From Patescibacteria group bacterium (GTDB lineage: Bacteria > Patescibacteriota > Microgenomatia > UBA10105 > UBA927): 64,000 nt of DNA. A model generated the notes under the pieces. That model had not been told where the DNA came from, made no database searches, and saw only the letters and a list, made by a program, of their open reading frames with translations. This document shows, piece by piece, positions 17,163-26,662 of this stretch. The position numbers were made by a program, and so were the translations under genes. The stretch is taken from the NCBI GenBank assembly GCA_049322955.1, contig JBMOPU010000012.1:681517-745516 (forward strand), in the 5' to 3' direction. Every line of letters begins with the position of its first letter. The first letter of the stretch is position 1.

Positions 17163-19190
17163 CTATGCAGTTTCGGAAAGCTCTGCGATGAGATCACGAA
17201 AACGAGCCGCCGTTTCGAAATCCAGATCCCTGCTCGCTTTGCGCATGAGTTTTGTATAGGTCGCTATTTTCTTTTTCTTATCGGCGGGGGTCATGGCGTC
17301 TTTTTCCTCCCGGGAGAGCGTTGCCGATTCATTCACCATTACGGCATCTTCCTTTTGTACGAGCCGTTCGCGAATGGGCTTCGAGATTGAGAGCGGGGTG
17401 ATATTGTGCGTTGCATTGTACGCAAGTTGTATCGTGCGACGCCTCTCGACTTCGCTCATTGCCGCCGCCATGGATTTGGTGACGGTATCGGCGTACAAAA
17501 TGACTCGGCCGTGCACATGTCGGGCCGCCCGCCCCATGGTTTGGATAAGACTCGTGCGACTGCGCAAAAATCCTTCTTTATCCGCATCAAGGACTGCTAC
17601 CAATGATACCTCAGGAAGATCAAGTCCTTCCCGCAGTAAATTGATTCCCACGACCACATCATACTTGCCCGCCCGGAGGTCAGCCAGGATATCGCTCCGT
17701 TCAAGGGTTAAGACGTCCGCATGCAGATAATGCACTTTTATGCCCCGTTCCTCCAGGAATTTCGCCAAATCTTCCGCCATGCGTTTGGTGAGCGTCGTGA
17801 CGAGCACCCGCTCATGTTTTTCGATTCGTTTATTGATCTCTCCCATCAAGTCTTCAATCTGTCCCTGACTTTTCCTTACTTCAATCTCAGGATCAACCAG
17901 CCCTGTCGGTCGGATGAGTTGTTCGACGATTGCCGTTTTCCCCGTTTGCGTCGTTACCCTATGGGTTTCCCACTCATCGGGAGTTGCGGACACATAGATA
18001 GTCTGCGGCATGCGCCGTTCGAACTCATCAAATTTGAGCGGACGGTTATCGATGGCGGCGGGAAGCCGGAAACCGTAATCGATAAGCGTTTGTTTTCTGC
18101 TTCGGTCACCCTGATACATACCGCGGATCTGCGGAATGGTCATATGAGATTCGTCGATTAAAAGAAGCCAGTCATTTTCGGGAGCGTTTCTCCGGACACT
18201 CGCTTCCTTAAAGTAATCAAGCAAAGAATACGGCGCTTCACCCGGCTTTCTGCCGTCGAAGTATCGGCTATAGTTTTCGATACCGTTCACGAATCCCACT
18301 TCCTGAATCATTTCAAGGTCGTAGGTGACGCGTTCTTTGATGCGTTGTGCTTCGATAAACTTATTCGCTTTGCGGAATGCCGCCACCTGTCGGTCAAGGT
18401 CATCTTGAATTTGGGCGAAAACGGATTTGTAGCTTTTCGGATCCGTCATATAGTGTTTGGCAGGATATACGACCAGTGCCGGCAAATCTTCAATCTTTTT
18501 CCCGGTTAACGGATCGCGTCGGTCAATGCTCAGAACGCCCTTTTCTCCCATGACGATACGGATACCCGTATCCTCATATGCCGGAAACACATCGATCGTT
18601 TCGCCGCGCACCCTGAATGCGCCGCGATGAAATCCGTAATCGTTCCGTTCGTACTGCAAATCGATGAGTCGCTCCATGATGCTTTCGCGGGTGACGGCGA
18701 CTCCCGGCTGTAATTCCAGTACAAAGTGACCGTATTCCTTGGGAGAGCCGATGTTGTAAATACACGAAACGGATGCCACCACGATCGTGTCGTTTCTGGT
18801 CAATAAATTGGTAGTTGCGGCAAGACGAAGCTTGTCGATTTCCTCATTTATCTCGGTTTCCTTTTCTATATAGGTATTGGTGGACGGAATATACGCTTCC
18901 GGCTGATAGTAATCGTAGTAGGAAACAAAATAGGAAACCGCGTTGTCGGGGAAAAAATCCCGGAATTCCTGATACAGCTGGGCGGCCAACGTTTTATTGT
19001 GCGAGATGATAAGCGTCGGTTTTTGGATCTTTTCTATCACTTTCGCCATCGTGTAGGTTTTGCCGCTTCCCGTCACTCCCAGAAGTATCTGTTCGGGAAC
19101 GTCGTTTTTCAGATTATCCAGCAATGCGGCAATTGCCTTCGGTTGATCGCCGGTCGGTTGAAATGCTGAGGTAAGGGTAAATTGCTTCAT
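17163..19190 (-). CDS. uvrB: Excinuclease ABC subunit B
   Basis: GVTGSGKT Walker A, helicase motifs and a C-terminal UVR domain. 675 aa. Confidence 0.95.
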   Translation of the reverse strand: MKQFTLTSAFQPTGDQPKAIAALLDNLKNDVPEQILLGVTGSGKTYTMAKVIEKIQKPTLIISHNKTLAAQLYQEFRDFFPDNAVSYFVSYYDYYQPEAYIPSTNTYIEKETEINEEIDKLRLAATTNLLTRNDTIVVASVSCIYNIGSPKEYGHFVLELQPGVAVTRESIMERLIDLQYERNDYGFHRGAFRVRGETIDVFPAYEDTGIRIVMGEKGVLSIDRRDPLTGKKIEDLPALVVYPAKHYMTDPKSYKSVFAQIQDDLDRQVAAFRKANKFIEAQRIKERVTYDLEMIQEVGFVNGIENYSRYFDGRKPGEAPYSLLDYFKEASVRRNAPENDWLLLIDESHMTIPQIRGMYQGDRSRKQTLIDYGFRLPAAIDNRPLKFDEFERRMPQTIYVSATPDEWETHRVTTQTGKTAIVEQLIRPTGLVDPEIEVRKSQGQIEDLMGEINKRIEKHERVLVTTLTKRMAEDLAKFLEERGIKVHYLHADVLTLERSDILADLRAGKYDVVVGINLLREGLDLPEVSLVAVLDADKEGFLRSRTSLIQTMGRAARHVHGRVILYADTVTKSMAAAMSEVERRRTIQLAYNATHNITPLSISKPIRERLVQKEDAVMVNESATLSREEKDAMTPADKKKKIATYTKLMRKASRDLDFETAARFRDLIAELSETA

Positions 19191-19238
19191 GTTCGGTTAA
19201 TTTTCTGTTTTGATATAGATATATCGGGTTTGAATGGA

Positions 19239-19266
19239 TTGACAGTTCGGTTATTTTTCGTAATAC
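19239..19266 (+). promoter_or_regulatory. Putative sigma-70-type promoter of lexA (TTGACA-16 nt-TAATAC)
   Basis: Near-consensus -35 and -10 hexamers with a 16-nt spacer, about 50 nt upstream of the lexA ATG. Confidence 0.45.
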
Positions 19267-19292
19267 TACGAATTATCGTAACATAGTTTCGG

Positions 19293-19310
19293 TTCCTGTA
19301 AATACAGGAA
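19293..19310 (+). promoter_or_regulatory. Perfect 18-bp palindrome TTCCTGTA-AA-TACAGGAA (CTGT-N4-ACAG core). Candidate LexA operator.
   Basis: Perfect inverted repeat of 8-bp arms located between the lexA -10 and its RBS. It shares the CTGT/ACAG half-sites with the E. coli SOS box but has a shorter spacer. Confidence 0.45.
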
Positions 19311-19317
19311 AACTAAT

Positions 19318-19941
19318 ATGCCAGCAATACTTTATCCGAGAGAACGCCAACTCCTTGATTTTATCACGCAATTTATCGGAAGGTTCGGGTATGCCCCGAC
19401 CCTGAAGGAGATCGGTGAAGCGTTAAATATTCATTCGCCCGCTACCGTGCATGAACACGTCGATCGACTTCGTCAAAAAGGATTTATCCGTAAGCTTGAC
19501 GGAACGGCACGGGGTCTGGAGGTCGTCGCGGAAAATTATAAACCCGCGGGACAAAATGCCACCATGGATTTGCCCGTTCTAGGCTTTATCGCGGCAGGTG
19601 CTCCTCTTGAGCCGTACACCGACCCGAATTTCTATATATCGGTAGCTCCTTCCATGATCGCTTCCAGCCAGCCGCATTACGTATTGCAGGTCAAAGGACA
19701 ATCCATGATCGATGACGGCATTTTTGATGGCGATTATGTCGTGATCCAACACCAGCAGGATGCAAAAAACGGCGACATTGTGGTAGCGCTTCTCCCGAAC
19801 GGCCTTGCAACCTTAAAGCGTATCTATTTTGAAAAAGACAAAATAAAACTCATGCCGAGCAATTCCACCATGTCTCCCATATTTACCACGCATGTCAAAA
19901 TCCAAGGACGATGTGTGGGACTTATCCGAAAATTCGTGTAA
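19318..19941 (+). CDS. lexA: LexA repressor (S24 peptidase)
   Basis: N-terminal winged HTH. Ala-Gly cleavage region (FIAAGAPLE). Ser and Lys catalytic dyad context (VKGQSMIDDGI ... LKR). Confidence 0.85.
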   Translation: MPAILYPRERQLLDFITQFIGRFGYAPTLKEIGEALNIHSPATVHEHVDRLRQKGFIRKLDGTARGLEVVAENYKPAGQNATMDLPVLGFIAAGAPLEPYTDPNFYISVAPSMIASSQPHYVLQVKGQSMIDDGIFDGDYVVIQHQQDAKNGDIVVALLPNGLATLKRIYFEKDKIKLMPSNSTMSPIFTTHVKIQGRCVGLIRKFV

Positions 19942-19944
19942 CCG

Positions 19945-20670
19945 TTATTGTCGGGGGTATATCGTGAGCGGAGATTCGGATTTTACCGTCCTTCCGTTTT
20001 GCACATCCCGTGATACCACGCTTCCGGGATAAATGGTGCAATACTCACCTATTTTTGTCCCCGGCAAGACACCGCTGTGCATGCCGATGGAGGTGTGCGC
20101 GCCGATGATCGCACCGAATTTCCCGTCAACCGGTTCAAGAGTTCCCTGGAAGAGTGAAGCGATACGTCTGCCGCGCAGATTATATCCCGTTAAGACATCT
20201 CCCGCGGTTATTTCCACCCATGGTGCCACCACGGAATCACCGACAAAGCTGTGATGCGTCGTCGTATCATGTCCGATGGTGCTTCTTACGACCTCGCTCA
20301 TGGCACCGATGACACAGTGGCGACCGATTATGCTCGATCGAACGAGTGAATGATCACCTATTTCCGCCCGGTCTGCGATGCATACCGGACCGACAATATG
20401 GGCATACGGATGGATCACGACGTGATGGCCGATATGTACATTTCCGTCGATTATAGCCGTGGGATGAATACGTGCGGACCGTTCAATATGGGGTGTGACA
20501 ACTCTTGATTCAAGAATGTGTGAAAAGAAGCGAATCGTCTCCCAAGGGCGACGAAATTCAACCCGTGCGTCTTCTTTATCGCGTAATGCCGCGGGAACGA
20601 CAGAAAGCAGTGACCGACGGAGCGGCCACATATCCTTAGTCCAATGAGAAAAGCGATCCGGCAAAGCCAT
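19945..20670 (-). CDS. Left-handed beta-helix (hexapeptide-repeat) acyltransferase-family protein
   Basis: Multiple [LIV]-G-x-x-x-x hexapeptide repeats (IGHHVVIHPYAHIVGPVCIADRAEIGDHSLV...). GlmU/LpxD C-terminal-like. Confidence 0.6.
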   Translation of the reverse strand: MALPDRFSHWTKDMWPLRRSLLSVVPAALRDKEDARVEFRRPWETIRFFSHILESRVVTPHIERSARIHPTAIIDGNVHIGHHVVIHPYAHIVGPVCIADRAEIGDHSLVRSSIIGRHCVIGAMSEVVRSTIGHDTTTHHSFVGDSVVAPWVEITAGDVLTGYNLRGRRIASLFQGTLEPVDGKFGAIIGAHTSIGMHSGVLPGTKIGEYCTIYPGSVVSRDVQNGRTVKSESPLTIYPRQ

Positions 20671-20724
20671 CCGCGCATTATAGGGGAATGAGATGATGAG
20701 GGCAATCCGAAGGACGAAAAACGA

Positions 20725-21411
20725 TTACTCGTTGACGACCTTTTCAAGCTTCTTGGTGGACACGCCGGGAACATCCGGGTGCCGTTTGTTTTGGATGTAT
20801 TCGTAAATCATCGGAATAATCGAGAGTCCGATGATCGCAAATACCGCATAGTGAAAGTTTTCCTTAATAAACTCCATGTTGCCGAAGAAATATCCGAGCA
20901 ACGTAAAAATCGCGACCCACAATACGCCCCCGACGATGTTATAGGTGATAAACGTCGAGTAATGCATGGATCCCACTCCCGCCACAAAGGGGGCAAACGT
21001 ACGGACAATCGGCACAAAACGAGCCAGAATAATCGTTTTTGCCCCGTGCTTTTTATAAAACTGTTCTGTCTTGTCGATGTGCTCCTGATTGATGAGGGTA
21101 ATTTTGGGATTATCGACGATTTTCCGTCCGAAGAAGTGCCCGATCCAGTAATTAACCGTATCCCCCGCAATTGCCGCCACCATAAGGAGGGCAAGCATAA
21201 ACCAGACATTCAGCGATCCTAACGCGGCAATAGCACCCGCCGCAAACAACAGAGAATCACCGGGGAGAAACGGCGTCACCACAAAACCCGTCTCGGCAAA
21301 TACGATAAGGAAAAGAATCCCGTAGGTTAACGCCCCGTATTGATTGACGAGGTCGGTAAGATGCGTATCCAGGTGCAACATGACATCAAGAAAAGAAGTG
21401 AGTAGTTCCAT
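20725..21411 (-). CDS. DedA/SNARE-associated family membrane protein
   Basis: VTPFLPGDSLLFAAGA DedA signature. Several TM helices. Confidence 0.8.
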   Translation of the reverse strand: MELLTSFLDVMLHLDTHLTDLVNQYGALTYGILFLIVFAETGFVVTPFLPGDSLLFAAGAIAALGSLNVWFMLALLMVAAIAGDTVNYWIGHFFGRKIVDNPKITLINQEHIDKTEQFYKKHGAKTIILARFVPIVRTFAPFVAGVGSMHYSTFITYNIVGGVLWVAIFTLLGYFFGNMEFIKENFHYAVFAIIGLSIIPMIYEYIQNKRHPDVPGVSTKKLEKVVNE

Positions 21412-21442
21412 AAGAGATATATAGTATCACGAGAATGGTACA

Positions 21443-22171
21443 ATGTACCACATGGGAACCTTATCGATCGTCGCCACCCCAATAGGCAACCTGGAAGATA
21501 TTTCTCTTCGCGCACTCAAAGTACTCTTTACCGCTGATGTCATTGCGTGCGAAGACACAAGACGGGCAGGATCGCTACTGCATGAGCTCGGCGTTCGCTA
21601 TCCGGAAGTGCTTATTGCTCTGGGGATTGATGCCGCCAGAACACCCCGTTTTATACGCTATGATGATCATACCGAACAACAGGGTGCGCCGGAAATCATC
21701 GCACTCGTGGAAAACGGTAGCGATGTGGCCCTTATTTCCGATGCCGGCACGCCGCTCATCAACGATCCCGGATATGTGCTCGTCAATGCGGCAAGAAAAA
21801 GAGGTATCCCCGTCATCGGGATTCCGGGTGCGTCCGCAATTCTCACCGCACTGACCGTTTCCGGCCTTCCCGCCAATACCTTTACGTACCTCGGGTATCC
21901 TCCCGAAAAACAAGGTAATCGGGTCAGGTTATTGCACTCGCTTAAGGAAATCGCCACAAAAGAGCCGACGACGTTTGTTTTTTACGTGTCACCGCATAAA
22001 CTTTCGGGTATGCTCGCGGACATGGACGAGGTATTCGGAGAATCGCAGGGTATTACCGTGGCACGGGAACTTACGAAACGGTACGAAGAGGTATGGACGG
22101 GATCCGTGAAAGACGCACAAACACACTTTGCCGAACCCAAAGGTGAATTTGTTCTCCTGTTTCGCCGCTAA
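21443..22171 (+). CDS. rsmI: 16S rRNA (cytidine1402-2'-O)-methyltransferase
   Basis: LSIVATPIGNLEDISLRALKVL...CEDTRR is the tetrapyrrole-methylase-fold RsmI N-terminus. Confidence 0.8.
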   Translation: MYHMGTLSIVATPIGNLEDISLRALKVLFTADVIACEDTRRAGSLLHELGVRYPEVLIALGIDAARTPRFIRYDDHTEQQGAPEIIALVENGSDVALISDAGTPLINDPGYVLVNAARKRGIPVIGIPGASAILTALTVSGLPANTFTYLGYPPEKQGNRVRLLHSLKEIATKEPTTFVFYVSPHKLSGMLADMDEVFGESQGITVARELTKRYEEVWTGSVKDAQTHFAEPKGEFVLLFRR

Positions 22172-23898
22172 TAATCTTCGAGGGTTGACGTATCGCCGAT
22201 CGGAAGTCCCAATTCCTTTGCTTTGAGGATTCTGCGCATAATTTTTCCCGATCGGGTTTTGGGGAGTTTATCGATAAACTCGATTTCCCGGGGATACGCG
22301 TGCCCCGCCAAATGCTTTTTGACATAGACCGAAAGCTCCTCTTTAAGGGCGTCCTGCTGTGCTTTGGTTGAGGCCTTTTTCAGGGCCTCTTTCTCGAGGA
22401 CGACAAATGCTTTGATGATCTCGCCGCGCATGACGTCGGGTTTGCCGATGACTCCCGCTTCAACGACAGCTGGATGCGCGACAAGTGCCGATTCCACTTC
22501 AAACGGACCCACCCGTTCTCCCGAGGTTTTAATCACATCATCCGCTCTCCCGATAAACCAGAAGTAGCCGTCCTTGTCCTTCATACCCCGGTCGCCGCTT
22601 ATGTACCAGCCTTTGGTAAAATAGCTTTTGTATTTGTGCGGTCGCTTCCAGATGGTGTGCATGATCGAAGGCCACTTCGGCTTTAAGGCGATATTGCCCT
22701 CGGTATTTATCGGTAATTCATTTCCTTTGTCATCGACGATAGCGGCAGTCAGCCCCGGAATAGGCTTGCCCATGGAACCGATTTTCATGTCCATAGAGGG
22801 ATAATTGGCAATACAGATAGCACCCGTTTCCGTCTGCCACCAGGTATCATGAAAAGGCATGCCGAATGCCTTCAAACCCCAGCGTATCGCTTCGGGATTA
22901 AGCGGTTCTCCGACGGAGCAAAGATGCCGAAGGTGGGAAAGGTTATGCTTATTGACTAAGTCGGTGCCGGCGGCCATGAGCATACGAATGGCGGTGGGTG
23001 CCGTGTACCAGACTGTGACGTTGTATTTGTCCAACAGCGCGTACCAGCGATCGGGGTCAAATCGTCCGGCGTACACGAGCGCGGCTACCCCGTTGCTCCA
23101 ACTCCCCAATATTTCATACGCAATCCCCGTTACCCATCCGGGATCGGCGGTACACCAGTAGGTGTCGTCATCCCGAAGGTCCAACACCCAATGTGCCGTC
23201 ATGTGTTCCTGGATGATCGCCCGATGGGAATGTACCACTCCTTTCGGCTTGCCTGTCGTTCCGGAGGTGTACAGCATGAATGCATAATCATCGGGATCGG
23301 TTTTGGCGATACGAAGCTCATCGGATGCCGCCGCAAGGCTTTTTGCAAACGAAGGTTCGTCAACGACGATAATGTGCGCAAGTTCGGGAAGCTTTTTTTT
23401 GATTTTATCGACGCGTGGCTTGAGATCACTCGTGGTAATCAACACTTTGGCCCCGGAATTTTCCAAACGATCGCAAAGTGCCTGTTCCTGAAAGGCGCTA
23501 AACAGCGTCCCGGCGATTGCACCGATTTTTAAGATACCCAGGAAGCTGAAGTAGAGTTCCGGAACACGCGGCAGGAACAGAAAAACCCTATCTCCCCGCT
23601 CGACGCCGAAGTCTTTGAGGATATTGCCCATTTTGTTTGAAAGGAGCGAAATATCCTCAAACGTATATTTTTTCTCATTCCCTGCTTCATCTTCCCAAAA
23701 GAGCGCTACTTTGTTTTTTCGCCAGGTGGCCACATGCCTGTCTATCGCGTTATACGCCGCATTCAGGCCGCCGTCCACCCAATCGAGGGCGCGCCGAGCG
23801 TCTTTCCACGAGAAGCTCGCCGCCGTCTTGTCATAATCCTCAAGATTCGGCGGAAAAGCGCCCGTTCCTTTTGGTTTCTTATAGAGCTCTTCCTTCAT
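22168..23898 (-). CDS. AMP-forming acetyl-CoA synthetase-like acyl-CoA ligase
   Basis: YTSGTTGKPKGV AMP-binding motif and an ACS-like C-terminal domain. 576 aa. Confidence 0.8.
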   Translation of the reverse strand: MKEELYKKPKGTGAFPPNLEDYDKTAASFSWKDARRALDWVDGGLNAAYNAIDRHVATWRKNKVALFWEDEAGNEKKYTFEDISLLSNKMGNILKDFGVERGDRVFLFLPRVPELYFSFLGILKIGAIAGTLFSAFQEQALCDRLENSGAKVLITTSDLKPRVDKIKKKLPELAHIIVVDEPSFAKSLAAASDELRIAKTDPDDYAFMLYTSGTTGKPKGVVHSHRAIIQEHMTAHWVLDLRDDDTYWCTADPGWVTGIAYEILGSWSNGVAALVYAGRFDPDRWYALLDKYNVTVWYTAPTAIRMLMAAGTDLVNKHNLSHLRHLCSVGEPLNPEAIRWGLKAFGMPFHDTWWQTETGAICIANYPSMDMKIGSMGKPIPGLTAAIVDDKGNELPINTEGNIALKPKWPSIMHTIWKRPHKYKSYFTKGWYISGDRGMKDKDGYFWFIGRADDVIKTSGERVGPFEVESALVAHPAVVEAGVIGKPDVMRGEIIKAFVVLEKEALKKASTKAQQDALKEELSVYVKKHLAGHAYPREIEFIDKLPKTRSGKIMRRILKAKELGLPIGDTSTLEDY

Positions 23899-25037
23899 TT
23901 GGCAGTATCATCACGCTTGACGAATTTGGCATCCAGACGCTTCAGGTTCTCCATTACGCCCGTGTATTCCATTTCATCCTGAGGTCCCATGGCCGGATTA
24001 AAGAATCCCTGCTCACGCATGGCAAGGGTCTTTTCCGTCGCTTTCTCACGGATGACATCCCAGAACGGCTGGTCAAACAAATCAACCGCCTCCGTGAGTT
24101 TGCCTTCATGGACACAGTATCCGGCGGCGGACATGATTGTCGGTCCGTCAAAAAACGAGATGATCGAATTCTGCTTTACCGGCATGACGGCCACATGGTG
24201 TGATCCGCGATTGTCGCCCAGCGTATATTGCGCGAGTGCCCACGGAGAAAGTATCTCCCCCGTTGAAGGGAATTGTTTCTGGCTTCGCACGATCGCTACG
24301 GGGTCATCTTTTCCGACATATTTGCCCGCGATATTATGAAGCCTGCTCGTTGAGGCAACCGCGGCGGTAAGGCCCGATGCGTTTTCAACAACGGACGCGA
24401 TGATATAGCGATTGGGATCACGGAGTAAGCATGCGATATCATAGTAATCCTGTGGAACCTTCAAGGTAATCACCTTGTCATGCTCGGTGTGGTTCACATC
24501 CATGATGGTGAATGTAAATCCCGCCTGCATGTCGGGAGCAAGAAGAAGGCCGGCATTGTGATACGGGTCGGCAAATGCGGAAAAAAGTGCATGGTTAAAT
24601 ACACCCGGTCCGCATTTGTCACCGGCAAAAACGATAAACGGCTCTGCGGCGCGTTCCTCAATTTCCATTTCGGCGCTTCCCGGTCCCATACCGCGCACAT
24701 TGCCGGAAAATGCATCCTTGAGTAAATCCTGTCCCGCACCGTACAACCCCTGACTCTTGGCAATTTTGGTGGTTTCGACAAAGGTATCCCATGCGAACTT
24801 ATGAACATCACTGTTGTCCGTTCCGCGGGAATGCGTCATGGTGAGGGCGATATCATCACCCGTAAAGGTCACGTTGGCATCAAGAAGAAGCCCGCTTTTT
24901 ATGGCTTCATCAACACGTTCTCTGGCTTTTGCCAGCATTGCATCACTCGGGCGATTGTGTCCGCCTATGGAACCGGTATCCGCTTTAATAACTGAAATGG
25001 TCACTTTCATGGTGTGACCTCCTTTCTCTATAAACAA
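23895..25037 (-). CDS. fbp: Bifunctional fructose-1,6-bisphosphate aldolase/phosphatase (class V, archaeal-type FBPase)
   Basis: MKVTISVIKADTGSIGGH N-terminus. About 380 aa. High similarity by eye to the FBP aldolase/phosphatase family. Overlaps gpmI by 10 nt. Confidence 0.8.
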   Translation of the reverse strand: MFIEKGGHTMKVTISVIKADTGSIGGHNRPSDAMLAKARERVDEAIKSGLLLDANVTFTGDDIALTMTHSRGTDNSDVHKFAWDTFVETTKIAKSQGLYGAGQDLLKDAFSGNVRGMGPGSAEMEIEERAAEPFIVFAGDKCGPGVFNHALFSAFADPYHNAGLLLAPDMQAGFTFTIMDVNHTEHDKVITLKVPQDYYDIACLLRDPNRYIIASVVENASGLTAAVASTSRLHNIAGKYVGKDDPVAIVRSQKQFPSTGEILSPWALAQYTLGDNRGSHHVAVMPVKQNSIISFFDGPTIMSAAGYCVHEGKLTEAVDLFDQPFWDVIREKATEKTLAMREQGFFNPAMGPQDEMEYTGVMENLKRLDAKFVKRDDTAK

Positions 25038-26662
25038 TCCGCTAATAAATTTTTTCCCGTCATTTCATTTGGAATAGGAAGCCCCAGTGCCGCTAAAATC
25101 GTCGGGGCAATATCGGCAAGCTTTCCCGTTGGAAGCTTAAGCGGCTGATTTTCGAATCGTTTGTCAATCATGATGCAAGGCACCGGAAACATAGAATGCT
25201 CGGTATCCATTTCTCCCCCGGGTCCGAGCATTTCTTCAACGTTACCATGATCCGCCGTAATCATGCAAGAGCCCCCCATGGAGAGCGCCAGCGAGGTGAT
25301 TTTTCCGACACACTCATCGGTTACTTCGCATGCCTTAATCCCCGCGGAAATATTGCCGGTGTGTGCCACCATGTCGGGATTGGCAAAGTTTATCGCGATA
25401 AACGAATAGACGTTACTCGTCATCCGATCAATCACATGATTCGTCAGCTCCACCGCGGACATGGAAGGTTGCAAATCATACGTGGCCACCTTGGGGGAAG
25501 GCACGATCAATCGGTCTTCCTGTGGAAACGGTACCTCACGCATTCCGTTGAAGTAATAGCCGATAAACCGTTCTTTTTCCGTTTCGGATACCCGTAATTG
25601 GCGAAGCCCCGCTTCCGAAAAAACCTGCCCGAGTGTTTTGGTAATCTGATTTAAGGGATACGCAACGACGCACGGACTGGGTCGCTCATATTCCGTCATG
25701 GTGACGAAGAATAATTCCGGCAGTACGATAGTACGGACAAAAGGACGTTTTCTGCTGTCTTCTTCGATGACATGTTTATGATAATACTTCACCGCATACG
25801 GATCGAAGCTTTCCGTCGGATTGTATGTTTCAAAATTCGGGAGGGTAAAGGCACGGGTAAGCTGTCGCGGTCTGTCGATGCGATAGTTATAGAAAATCAC
25901 GGCATCATGGGCGGTGATGCGAGGGTACGCGTTGCCGTTGTGATCGGTGAGGATAACAGGCTCGATAAACTCGTCGGTAATCCCCTTCTTATAACTTGCG
26001 TCAATCGCTTCTGCGGCGGATTTTGCTTTAGAGGGGATATCCTCGGTAAGTGCCTGATACGCTCGCGCCGTCCTGTCCCATCGCCGATCCCGATCCATGG
26101 CGTAATATCGCCCCATGATGGTGGCGACATGCGTGTTGTTGCACTGCGCCAGTTTGGCTTCTACTTCCCGAATGAAGCGAATCCCCGACTTCGGGGGAGA
26201 ATCTCTGCCGTCGGTGAAAAGATGCAGATAAACTGGGCGGGTGCACTGATTCCGTTGCATCAGATCGAGGAGAGCATAGAGGTGGTCACGACTTGCATGG
26301 ACGCCGGAATCAGAAAGCAAACCCATGAGGTGAATATTCGACTGGTGTGAGGTGGCATAATGGATCGCCCCCAAAAATGCGTCGTTGGTAAAGAAACTTC
26401 CGTCCTTGATGGTCATATTTATCCGCGGAAGATCCTGGTAGACAACCCGACCCGCACCGATGTTGATGTGCCCGGTCTCCGTGTTGCCGTCTTCTCCCGG
26501 CGGCAAGCCCACCGCTTCCTGTGAGGCGTCAAGCTGTGTGTGGGGAAACGAATTCCAGAGTCTCGGGATGTGCGTCAGCTTCGCTTGTGAGATAGCGTTG
26601 CCCGGACCGGGAGGGGCAAGACCCCATCCGTCTAAAATAATGAGCACGAAAGGCTTACCCAT
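25028..26662 (-). CDS. gpmI: 2,3-bisphosphoglycerate-independent phosphoglycerate mutase
   Basis: FVLIILDGWGL N-terminus and metalloenzyme-domain motifs. 544 aa. Confidence 0.9.
   Translation of the reverse strand: MGKPFVLIILDGWGLAPPGPGNAISQAKLTHIPRLWNSFPHTQLDASQEAVGLPPGEDGNTETGHINIGAGRVVYQDLPRINMTIKDGSFFTNDAFLGAIHYATSHQSNIHLMGLLSDSGVHASRDHLYALLDLMQRNQCTRPVYLHLFTDGRDSPPKSGIRFIREVEAKLAQCNNTHVATIMGRYYAMDRDRRWDRTARAYQALTEDIPSKAKSAAEAIDASYKKGITDEFIEPVILTDHNGNAYPRITAHDAVIFYNYRIDRPRQLTRAFTLPNFETYNPTESFDPYAVKYYHKHVIEEDSRKRPFVRTIVLPELFFVTMTEYERPSPCVVAYPLNQITKTLGQVFSEAGLRQLRVSETEKERFIGYYFNGMREVPFPQEDRLIVPSPKVATYDLQPSMSAVELTNHVIDRMTSNVYSFIAINFANPDMVAHTGNISAGIKACEVTDECVGKITSLALSMGGSCMITADHGNVEEMLGPGGEMDTEHSMFPVPCIMIDKRFENQPLKLPTGKLADIAPTILAALGLPIPNEMTGKNLLADCL

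Noticed and set aside
14265-17730. Numerous 60-170-aa ORFs on the + strand inside uvrA and uvrB, and similar ones inside ppsA, acs, eno, P-type ATPase and so on
   Set aside because: Antisense or out-of-frame ORFs inside long, well-supported genes of a GC-rich genome. No independent support.
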